The notes below the pieces were generated by a model, which was given only the letters and a program-made list of their open reading frames with translations, had not been told where the DNA came from and did not search any database. This document shows, piece by piece, positions 21,811 to 32,004 of a stretch of 64,000 bases of DNA; position 1 is the first letter of the stretch; each line of letters opens with the position of its first letter. Source of the DNA: Williopsis jadinii (taxonomy: Eukaryota); NCBI GenBank assembly GCA_024346625.1, contig AP024667.1, forward strand, positions 558,001 through 622,000. The letters run 5' to 3'. The position numbers and the translations under genes were made by a program.

Positions 21811-23372
21811 ATGGTAAGTTAAAGTCATGTTAAAGGACAGCTCAGTGTATCCTTTTAAATATCTGGTGACATTATAACGGTGTTCACGTTTGATTTTACA
21901 TCAGACTCGAATATCTTTGCTGTCATGGATATTTGGATCATGAGCTCCCTTTGGATCTTCTAAAGGCCACCAACTAACCACAAATTAAAAATTTACAGGG
22001 TAAGGAAAAGGCTCACGTTAACGTTGTTGTCATTGGTCACGTCGATTCTGGTAAGTCTACCACCACTGGTCACTTGATCTACAAGTGTGGTGGTATCGAC
22101 AAGAGAACTATCGAGAAGTTCGAGAAGGAGGCTGCCGAGCTTGGTAAGGGTTCTTTCAAGTACGCTTGGGTTTTGGACAAGCTTAAAGCTGAGAGAGAAA
22201 GAGGTATCACCATTGATATCGCTTTGTGGAAGTTCGAGACTCCAAAGTACCACGTTACCGTTATTGATGCTCCAGGTCACAGAGATTTCATCAAGAACAT
22301 GATTACTGGTACTTCCCAAGCTGACTGTGCCATCTTGATTATTGCTGGTGGTGTCGGTGAGTTCGAGGCTGGTATCTCCAAGGATGGTCAAACCAGAGAG
22401 CACGCTTTGTTGGCTTTCACCTTGGGTGTCAGACAATTGATTGTTGCTATCAACAAGATGGACTCCGTCAAGTGGGACGAGTCCAGATTCACTGAGATTG
22501 TCAAGGAGACCTCCAACTTCATCAAGAAGGTTGGTTACAACCCAAAGACTGTTCCATTCGTCCCAATCTCTGGTTGGAACGGTGACAACATGATTGAGGC
22601 TTCCACCAACTGTCCATGGTACAAGGGTTGGGAGAAGGAGACCAAGGCTGGTGTCGTCAAGGGTAAGACCTTGTTGGAGGCCATTGATGCCATTGAGCCA
22701 CCATCAAGACCAACTGACAAGCCATTGAGATTGCCATTGCAAGATGTCTACAAGATTGGTGGTATCGGAACTGTGCCAGTCGGTAGAGTCGAGACCGGTG
22801 TCATCAAGCCAGGTATGGTTGTTACCTTTGCTCCATCCGGTGTCACCACTGAAGTTAAGTCCGTCGAGATGCACCACGAGCAATTGGCTGAGGGTGTCCC
22901 AGGTGACAACGTTGGTTTCAACGTTAAGAACGTCTCTGTTAAGGAGATCAGAAGAGGTAACGTTGCTGGTGACTCCAAGAACGATCCACCAAAGGGTGCT
23001 GACTCTTTCAACGCTCAAGTTATCGTCTTGAACCACCCAGGTCAAATCTCTGCTGGTTACTCTCCAGTTTTGGACTGTCACACCGCTCACATTGCTTGTA
23101 AGTTCGATGAGATCTTGGAGAAGATTGACAGACGTTCCGGTAAGTCTCTTGAGTCCAACCCAAAGTTCATCAAGTCTGGTGATGCTGCTATCGTCAAGTT
23201 TGTCCCAACCAAGCCAATGTGTGTTGAGGCTTTCACTGAGTACCCACCATTGGGTCGTTTCGCCGTTAGAGACATGAGACAAACCGTTGCTGTCGGTGTC
23301 ATCAAGTCCGTTGAGAAGTCTGACAAGGCTGGTAAGGTCACCAAGGCTGCTCAAAAGGCTGCTAAGAAGTAA
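21811..23372 (+). CDS. TEF1: Translation elongation factor 1-alpha; exons 21811-21813 and 21999-23372
   Basis: [48 protein letters not shown]; extreme codon bias. Confidence 0.99.
21814..21998 (+). other. Intron (185 nt) immediately after the TEF1 ATG
   Basis: ATG|GTAAGT, AACTAAC branch 21972-78, TTTACAG acceptor. Confidence 0.95.
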
Positions 23373-23924
23373 GTTGATTAATCAATCTCACTTCAAGCTT
23401 GACTATTTTATTACAATGAATTGTGAATATGACCTTTTTCACTTCTCGTTATAAAAAATTGCTTATAATTCGTTCATAAATCGATGTTTTGTATGAGATC
23501 TGAAGAGCATTACATTTGTAGTTTGTTCCGCGAATTCTACTTGCGTCTTGTTTTTGTGGCCGTAAAGAGAAATTTTTAGGGAGCAACGAGCAGTGGATAA
23601 AAAATATATAAATATTTGGTCAAGGAAGATATTCAAACAACAATTTGGTACCAGAAGAACTACCTAAATCGCTTTATAGCTTGGAAGTCGCTGTTGTCGG
23701 ATATACGATCATATATTCTTTGGCTTGTTTGACGATTTAACGCTAGGGTTTTTCTCTTTTTCGATACAACAGCCCCGCTTCCCTTTCCCCCTGGTGTATT
23801 GTTCATCTTTCCTTTCTCTTATCATACTGTTTGCATTCCCAACATTTGGATAAATAATTCGAAGGTGAATCTGACATAACACTATCTACAACGCACACAG
23901 TCACACACACGCACATATAATACG

Positions 23925-24542
23925 ATGTCGTCTAGAAAGAAGACTCTTTTGAAAGTTATCATCCTCGGAGACTCTGGTGTTGGCAAGACGTCTCTGATGC
24001 AACAGTTTGTCAATGGTAAGTTCTCTCAACAGTACAAGGCCACAATTGGTGCCGATTTCCTGATGAAGGAGCTCGTGTTGGATGATAAGACTGTGACGAT
24101 GCAATTGTGGGATACTGCGGGACAGGAAAGGTTCCAGTCCCTCGGTGTTGCGTTCTACAGAGGCGCTGATTGTTGCGTATTGGTTTACGACGTTACCAAT
24201 CCAAAGTCCTTTGAAAACGTCTCGCTTTGGAGAGATGAGTTTTTGGTACAAGCCAACGTCAAGAACCCTGAGAACTTCCCATTTGTTGTTATTGGCAACA
24301 AGATTGACGTTGATGAGTCCAAGAAGCTTGTGAGTCTCAAGAAGGCACAGCAGTTCTGCGCCAACCTGGGCAACTTACCGCTATTCCAAACCAGTGCCAA
24401 AGAAGCTGTCAATATCGACCAGGCTTTCGATGTGATTGCCCGCAACGCTTTACAACAGGAGGAGAACGACGAGTTCCAAGACGAATTCAACGACGCTATA
24501 AACATCAACCTCGAGAGTGAAAACCAAGGATGTGCATGCTAG
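23925..24542 (+). CDS. YPT7: Rab7-family GTPase
   Basis: [58 protein letters not shown]-terminal CAC. Confidence 0.97.
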   Translation: MSSRKKTLLKVIILGDSGVGKTSLMQQFVNGKFSQQYKATIGADFLMKELVLDDKTVTMQLWDTAGQERFQSLGVAFYRGADCCVLVYDVTNPKSFENVSLWRDEFLVQANVKNPENFPFVVIGNKIDVDESKKLVSLKKAQQFCANLGNLPLFQTSAKEAVNIDQAFDVIARNALQQEENDEFQDEFNDAININLESENQGCAC

Positions 24543-25961
24543 AGGTGCCGTTCTCACTACGGCGTTTCTTATCCTTGTTAGGTTTGTGTGTGTTTTTAGC
24601 TCTGTTTACGTATAATAACTATAGTAAGGCTTGTGAGCAAAGCATGACTACATCACCCACCCTTGTAGACCTTCGTCGATGCTCATTATCTTGCCCTGGC
24701 GGCCAGACGCAAATGCCCAGACAAGACCAGAAGTAGATCTGCTCGCAACCAGATACAGGCACTGGCATTAGTTTCACTAGAGGAGAGGTACGAGACAGGT
24801 ACATAAATGGATTACATGAGATGGCGTCCCGATTCCTCGTGCCGTGTGCATGAAGGGCCTCATTAATGGTGAAGTCTACCCCCACCATCTAGCCACAACA
24901 CCCGCAAAGATCATCACTATCAACAATTGTTGAAGTTTGAGGTGTTGATAGTGTTGGATCGCCAACTGATGAAACGTGTGGCTTCAGCCGTGGGTCCCTG
25001 GGCGGTGCTCCTTTGGCCGTAGGGGGAGGGCTACAATCTGTGTAGACGGAAGGCCCAGTAGGCGCCAGAAGGGTTGAATTTTTCAGCGGGTGCAAATGTA
25101 GGCAGAACTCTCCCGCCTAGGCAGCAGCGCCAGCGGCTGCTCCCGCTAAACCTCTCTCCCTCGAACAATTTCCCATTTCGCTCAAACAAGCGTCCCTGTC
25201 CAAAAACGTTTCGCGATGCACACAGCAAACTTCATCGATCTTGGAAAACCTTCCCCGTCAATCTTACTTCTCTTGTTGTAGCGTCGATAAGCCTGAGCCG
25301 AATAATAGTGCAGTTTATTACTCATCAAGAGTACAATGTTGATGGCATCCAACTGAGATTGAGACCACAGCTATTCACTAAACTACACTACACTACAGTC
25401 CAACGCTTGATACTAAAGAGAACGAAGATCACTAAGAGAGAAGCACTCCCGTTTTTTCGGTTTTTCCTGTGTTCTTTTTTTTCTGGGCCAGAAGAGCAGC
25501 ACTGTGTGGACTTTCGGAAACAAAGACAGGCTCGAAACAATAATACAACACATCAATAACCTCTCCTGTATTCTCGTCTGCTGAAGAGGGCTAGAACAGG
25601 CACATCCTTACATACAACAAATCACCGTCGGCTCTGGCGCATCCCACTGCTTCAGATTCCTCCAATTGGTCTGGTTCGAAGATCAATATCGCCAGCGCTG
25701 TGTGTTTTATTTTTCATCCAAAGTGAGGTGAAGGGGAGTCCGCCTAAACAAAGCAACGCTCGCAGGGGAAAAAAAGGAAAGGGCCATCCCACACGTGCAC
25801 AGACAGGCACTCGGCCAGGCACACATAAACAGTCACAGTCACATTCCACACACAGAGCTCGGCTGACAGCAGCGAAAACGGGCTACAAGATAACATAGCG
25901 TAAGATAAAACGCCCCACTCATTTGCATTAGAATCTCATTGTTGCTGGAAATCCTATCACG

Positions 25962-27188
25962 ATGGACTCAGCTGAAAAGGTGAAAGTGAAGTTACTACCC
26001 GTGAGGTTTATATGCTGTCCGAGAGATGACCTAATTGTGCTGATTGCTCGGATGCTCAACTCTTTGATTGATATAAACGACACATATGTGGATCCGTCTG
26101 CAAGTCCAAGGACCACGGGCACAATCCAGTCTTCATCTCACGTCTTGTCCTCGCATTTGACCAGATTCCATTCAAGAACACCACCAAGCATATCCGTGTA
26201 TAGCTACCTTGCGAGACTGGCCAGGTATTCAAGTCTGGAAAATGCCGTGCTGCTGAGCGCTGTTTACTATATTGACCTTCTGAGTACGGTGTACCCGTCC
26301 TTCTCGCTGAATTCACTAACGGTACATAGATTCCTATTAACGGCAACCACAGTTGGATCAAAAGGATTGTGCGACTCCTTCTGCACAAATGAGCATTATG
26401 CAAAAGTTGGAGGTATCCACGCCAATGAATTGGACATTTTGGAGAGGGAATTCTTGACGAAGGTGAAGTACAGAATACTTCCACGGCAGTGTAATATTCA
26501 AAAGTGCATTCGTGAAGACCATTGCAGTGCTGAGAGGAAGAACAGCATCGATACATTAGAAGATAGTAAGAAACTACAGCAGTTGCAGCATAATAACAGC
26601 ATATCAGGTCAAGATCACGATTTAACACCACAACAACAGCAGCAGCAACTTGACTTCGATTCCGAGCATCCAGAACGGCTTCCTCAAGCTGGTTACACAA
26701 TTTTAGACTTATACTATAGCCGAATGATTTCATTGATAGGAACGGATACTCAACATGACGATCCACAGTTACAGCAAACCAAGATACACTATCAATTGAG
26801 CCCGGAGTTGATTGCCGATGAAGCGCAACAGCAGAGAATGAACAGCATGATAAAGACAGAGCCTGATACACTAAGCGATAGCGAGTACCTGCTGTGTATA
26901 AAGGAGCTACTGGTGAAACTACAAAACTCTCATCTTGACTCGACTTCATCAAACGAGGCATCATCGCTGCTGCAGGACCACAGTCAGAGTAAGAATCAGA
27001 ATCAAACACAGCAACAGTCAGAGAATCAACAAACACAGCAGCCTCTGAATAGAAGATTGTCTGTGGTGAAGAACACTGGCTCCTGTACTGCACGTTGTTC
27101 TGTACCTCTATCTCCTTTGAAAAGACCCATTGATAATGACCACCAGTTTTCTCCCGGGAGAGCTGGTAAAAAAAGGGATATGACGTGA
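25962..27188 (+). CDS. PHO80: Pho85 cyclin Pho80
   Basis: C.RDDLIVLIARML, FHSRTPPSIS..YL.RL, YYIDLL..YP.F.LNSLTVHRFLLTATTV.SKGLCDSF.TN.HYAKVGG; Gln-rich tail. Confidence 0.93.
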   Translation: MDSAEKVKVKLLPVRFICCPRDDLIVLIARMLNSLIDINDTYVDPSASPRTTGTIQSSSHVLSSHLTRFHSRTPPSISVYSYLARLARYSSLENAVLLSAVYYIDLLSTVYPSFSLNSLTVHRFLLTATTVGSKGLCDSFCTNEHYAKVGGIHANELDILEREFLTKVKYRILPRQCNIQKCIREDHCSAERKNSIDTLEDSKKLQQLQHNNSISGQDHDLTPQQQQQQLDFDSEHPERLPQAGYTILDLYYSRMISLIGTDTQHDDPQLQQTKIHYQLSPELIADEAQQQRMNSMIKTEPDTLSDSEYLLCIKELLVKLQNSHLDSTSSNEASSLLQDHSQSKNQNQTQQQSENQQTQQPLNRRLSVVKNTGSCTARCSVPLSPLKRPIDNDHQFSPGRAGKKRDMT

Positions 27189-29756
27189 ACTTGATTAGTC
27201 GCCCTCATTGTGATAGATACAGGATCATATGTATCTGGCTTTAGACCACATACGATAAATACAACTAAGCTAATCCTGGTGATTTCATTTGGCCTTTGTA
27301 GTACTATTAGCTTCAAGCGTACATTGGAAAAAAGACTCTTTAGGGGTCTATAGTTTATGCGCTGATGATGTGTATTGTATACTGTTTCATACAGCAAAAG
27401 CTATGTCAAGAAGCTATTGTTCTTTTCAGGCCACCGCGTTGACTTATTCAATTGACATAGTACTACAGATGCCAGTACTACAAGTGCATTTGAATTCGAT
27501 CTTCCATATCAGTAACTTTATTCATGGCCAACTAGAACGTTTGAATTCGATTATTTGGCATGTTTCGTACACCGTGTAAGTGTCAATTACATGCCATAGG
27601 TCTTTGGCTGCGAATTCCACGTAACCTTCACGGTAGAATTATATGTTCGTAAAGAATGCCTTTTAAATTCCAGTGATATTGATAAGGTATGCGTTGCCTT
27701 TACAGTGACAAGAGCTATAACTACATGGTTCGGACGAACATCTCGAGCTAATGAGAAAGTTCAGTCTGCTTCAACGTTCAGCAAACGGCACCAAGTTACC
27801 ATACGCAGTTCAAACACCTACTCGATGACATTGCTGATATCAACAAAGCATGTGCCGAAATGGTGGATTGAATTCTGTTCAAAGTGCTAAACCACTTTTC
27901 AAGAGTCTTGATCAACATACTGAGGATAAGTTCGCACGCACAATACAGCATTCTTGCTCAGCTGGCGTACGCCCCTCTTTCAGTTTGTAGCAGATGTCCA
28001 CCTCAACTTGGAGCCAAGCAGTGGAAAAGGTAACACACCGAAATACGGCTTCAAGCAATACAAAGAGAGCGAAATCTACAAGAAGATGACATTGAGTCTT
28101 GATCCAGGCAAAGATTACTATTGCAATGTATTTCTTTGAGCATGTTGATCGCTTGAATTCTTCATTATCGAGACAGAAGCCTATTGTCGCACCGAGCTTT
28201 AGGTGGAATGCTACCACAACATCTGCTCTGTTCAGATTCTACCCAGCTATATAGTCAGTTCCAAGGCAAACTTGACGTCACCATGTAGCATTTCTACAGT
28301 GAACTAGCACTGTACATGGCAAGCACTACCTATTTAGCCTTTATAATGCCGTAAAGCCCAGTTGAGCTTCAACCAGTTGTGGCCTACACAGCCTACTTGT
28401 ATTGCTAAGTACTTCTTGTGTCTCTCAGCAAGAGTTGTTCAATCGCTTCCCAGTGCCTTGTTCAGCCCCTCACGAATAGAGCATTCCGCATACCTTTCGT
28501 TTGAATACACATCCTATTTTTAACGGCTCGGTGTATACGTATTAATGACTACCTCGGGCCTTTGAGGCTTTGAGCGCACTACTACAACATGTCATGGTAT
28601 GCACATGCACTGTTATTATCGTGCATGTGGTGTCTATGCTGATTTGCCGGCTGAGTCGTGGAACCGTATCTTCTTCGGTACTGATATACACTTTGCGAAT
28701 TGGCTATTTGGTATAAAGCTGGAAGGAACGCCCTGTCATTACAGAGGACAACCAGCTCTTGTACAGTCTGCTCCGCGGTGAGATCTTCGGCCGCACACGT
28801 AGCCTCCTTGGGTTATGCGTATGATATTCGGCCAAAGCGCATCGGGAGAAACTTAGCTGTTATTCCAGTGCCTCGCTGGAAGGCGCTGCTCACACACTCT
28901 ACAGCTCCCTCACTGGCCCAGTCAACCCTACAATCAACGTGAAAGGAATGACGAACCAGCAAAACAATCTCTCAAAGAGCATGAATGTCCTGGACGCAAA
29001 GGGACACACAGTTTAGGCCATGGAGACGTGCCATCTCCCCCCCCCCCATATGTCTGCCCGTGGCAAGCGTATAAATAATATAGCTGGCCGTGTCGCAGAG
29101 GACATCCATACATCCAACATCGTCCAATGAGCACGAGCAGGCAGACACATGAACCCTGTAGAAACGATGCTAGTCTACATCTATAGCCCACCTAATAATC
29201 TCCCACAACCTCCTGTAGCCTCCTACAGTCCTCGACCAACGCTGAAACTCTCTTTCTTCCACAGTACAAACCCAACCACGGTATCCATGCCCCAGCCTAA
29301 ATCACTACTGCAGAACTACAGACTCCCACACAGAACACTCCTCAAGTATACACATTCAACGAGTCGCAATCTCTGTGAAGAAGCCCTCGACGGTATTCGG
29401 AAACGGAGACAACCATGCACGTCCAAAGAGGAGCACGACGTGTGATTGCGTCATAGCTCCTGCAAGTGAGTGTGGTTCTTGAGAAGCCGGCCCACATATT
29501 TTCTGCCTCGCAAACTGCCGGGCGCTCCTACCGCATAAAAAAGGACAAAATGTCCATAGAAAGCGCTCGCGCGGAATTTTATACGCCTTTCCGTTGTTGT
29601 CTTTATTTCGGCCTGGGACATCCTCTGCTGAGCCTTTCGAACTAAATTTTATTTTGAACCTGTTCACCAAAAGTTGAAGAGGGAAAAAATTTACCACTCA
29701 GGGCTGCGGAAATTTTGAGAAGAGCTGGTCTCTAGAGCCTAACCCATAAACGCAGT

Positions 29757-29786
29757 TTCACGAACCTTCACGAACCTTCACGAACC
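29757..29786 (+). repeat. Tandem 10-bp repeat (TTCACGAACC)x3
   Basis: Three exact copies, about 340 bp upstream of the yapsin ATG. Confidence 0.9.
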
Positions 29787-30121
29787 TTTTTGCACGCCGT
29801 TTGTTCATAGGACTGTTGAGAAGTTTACACCTGTTGGTCTGATTCCTCGTGCTCGAAACCCTCGTTCTGTGTTTCCGTTTCCCAGCAGCGTGAGTTTTTG
29901 TCCGTCTCAGCAAGCTCGACTCGCCTTTTGCTGCTGCGTACTAGCTGAAGTGGGCCATTACCACCAATTCCGTTCGTTCAAGGGGTACTTCGACGTCTGG
30001 CGTCACACTGTGTGTTGGCCTTATAGCACGAAAGTAAACAGGCGCCTCGTATAAGGAAAGGGAATAGAGATTCGAGGCAAAGCAAGACAAAAGTAAACAA
30101 AGCCGCTAACAGCACGACACA

Positions 30122-31819
30122 ATGAAGTTCTTGTCGTATCTTGCGCTACTCTGCGCTGGTTCACTCGCACAGTCTTCCTCGCAAGGATCCTCGTCGGGCT
30201 CAGGCTCGAGATCATCAGCACGCTCTTCCTCACCGTCGTCGTCGTCTTCGTCTGTCTCCGCTGCTAATGTTGACTCCTTCATGACACTGACCATGTCCAA
30301 GTCAGAGGACTCTATTGTATGGCACATACAAGCCGAGGTTGGTGAACAGTTGCAGTCACTTCGGGTGGATATAGCACAGCCGAATCTGTGGGTGCTAGAC
30401 AGCGACTCGTTCCCAAGCTGTTCTGATGAACCAGAGCTGACATCAACGACTTTCATTGAGTCCTCCTCGGCAACAACACTGACATATACTGTCACATGTC
30501 AAGACTCCGGTGCATATGACCCAAGCCTTTCGAATAGATCAACAGACTTGGGACTTTACTATAACCCTGTTTTAATCGACTACGTTTCTTTCAACGGAAC
30601 GTTATTCTCAGACTACGTTGATATACTGGACATTTCCGGTGAAGAAAACGAGTACCTCAATAATGGAACTCTTTCGCTCTCCGAGATGGAGTTCTTCAGC
30701 GTCAATGATTCGAATGTTGTCGTTGGTGCACTTGGTCTTGGTGGTGTTGGCGACAGCAACTACAAACCAAGCATTCTATCCACGCTTAAGGATTTGGGGC
30801 TCATCGAATCGCTAAGTTACTCAATGGCAACCGTCACAAATACCACCGGTCATATAGTGTTCGGTGCAGTGGATCAGAGTTTATACACTGGTGTGCTTGT
30901 TCAATATGATAACTTGCCTTATGCGTACACAGGCGCAGAAGTGGCTTACCAGTATCCAATCGTCCCTCTTTCACAAGTTTCTGTGAGTAACGATAAGGGT
31001 TCCTCTGTGATTGTCTCTAATGGAACTGTCCTGCCGGTGTTGTTAGATTCACGTACCCCATTCCTGGTCCTTCCATATTCTTATGTTGTGGCGCTTTCAG
31101 TTCAATTGAATGCATTCTATTCTGAATCGTCAGAGTCATGGTTTGTGAGATGTGCCGTTGGTAGTGTCAATGCAGCTGTTAGCTTCGAGTTTGGAAATCT
31201 CACCATTGATGTCTCTGTGGATCAACTCATAAAGCCACTGTACGATTCGAATGGTACCTCAGTAAAGTTCGAGGATGGCTCAGATGCGTGTGTCCTGCGT
31301 GTCTTCCCTGATGATAGTTACGGTTATTCAGTGTTGGGGACACCAGTCTTGAATTCGATGTTCATAGCAGTCGATAATGAAGGTAACAAAATCGCAATGG
31401 CACAAGCTTATAACGAAGACTACCAAGAGAGAAATGCTCGTCTTCTGAGTTCCATATTAGGTGAAACCGTCAGTTCGCAGTCAGTGGACTCAACATATAC
31501 TCTAGCTGCAAATGCCAGCGTCATCCGCTCCGGTTATATACCGTTTGCTGTTACAAATAACATCACAGATACTGATTTGACCCTTTCATATAATACGATC
31601 ATCACTGAGAGTGTATTTGAGCAAACGGCAGTGTACACAAGTGGTCTCATCTATACTGGTCGCCAGCTGAACAACACAACTGAGAATGTTCCTACTTCTA
31701 CAAATGCTGAGAGCTCTAGTGCTGCGGGTGCTCTCGGTAATCATGACCTTCAAAACAGAGGAGTCATATTGGGTATGATAGGTACTACATTTGTCTTGGT
31801 TCTTGGGGCGTTCATTTAA
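30122..31819 (+). CDS. YPS7: GPI-anchored aspartic-protease-fold protein, Yps7-like
   Basis: Signal peptide, LRVDIAQPNLWV and VLLDSRTPFLVLP at the two catalytic positions, GALGLG, LGTPVL, hydrophobic GPI-type C-terminus. Confidence 0.75.
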   Translation: MKFLSYLALLCAGSLAQSSSQGSSSGSGSRSSARSSSPSSSSSSVSAANVDSFMTLTMSKSEDSIVWHIQAEVGEQLQSLRVDIAQPNLWVLDSDSFPSCSDEPELTSTTFIESSSATTLTYTVTCQDSGAYDPSLSNRSTDLGLYYNPVLIDYVSFNGTLFSDYVDILDISGEENEYLNNGTLSLSEMEFFSVNDSNVVVGALGLGGVGDSNYKPSILSTLKDLGLIESLSYSMATVTNTTGHIVFGAVDQSLYTGVLVQYDNLPYAYTGAEVAYQYPIVPLSQVSVSNDKGSSVIVSNGTVLPVLLDSRTPFLVLPYSYVVALSVQLNAFYSESSESWFVRCAVGSVNAAVSFEFGNLTIDVSVDQLIKPLYDSNGTSVKFEDGSDACVLRVFPDDSYGYSVLGTPVLNSMFIAVDNEGNKIAMAQAYNEDYQERNARLLSSILGETVSSQSVDSTYTLAANASVIRSGYIPFAVTNNITDTDLTLSYNTIITESVFEQTAVYTSGLIYTGRQLNNTTENVPTSTNAESSSAAGALGNHDLQNRGVILGMIGTTFVLVLGAFI

Positions 31820-32004
31820 AGCAAAATTCCTTGCAAATGCTGAGATCTTCTATGATTCCGTTTGCAAATTGTCGAGCATATAGCCATTCCTTAAGCAATT
31901 GTAATAAACAATATTTAGTTAGAAAGAATATCCTTGTCGTGCTTATTTCGTATGCATGTGTTCTAGCTGAATTATCTAAGTTCTCCTTCTATGTGCTGTG
32001 TTGA

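Noticed and set aside
21993..23354. Long antisense ORFs over TEF1 (similar ones over ETR1, TOM40 and the tubulins)
   Set aside because: Expected by-product of strong codon bias.
24966..24976. CTGATGA resembling a hammerhead ribozyme core
   Set aside because: No stem II followed by GAAA and no compatible cleavage-site helix.
25074..25559. 161-aa ORF upstream of PHO80
   Set aside because: TTG start, promoter-like composition, no recognisable motif.
26056..27093. 345-aa antisense ORF over PHO80
   Set aside because: Shadow frame of a real gene; non-ATG start and no protein-like features.
27755..27870. Frame reading YHTQFKHLLDDIADINKA, faintly like Ty1/copia RNase H motifs
   Set aside because: Spacing is wrong, the frame is flanked by stops and no LTR/PBS is visible; needs tBLASTn before any claim.
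27189..30121. Point centromere (CDEI-CDEII-CDEIII)
   Set aside because: No RTCACRTG followed by a long very AT-rich tract and CCGAA element was seen.
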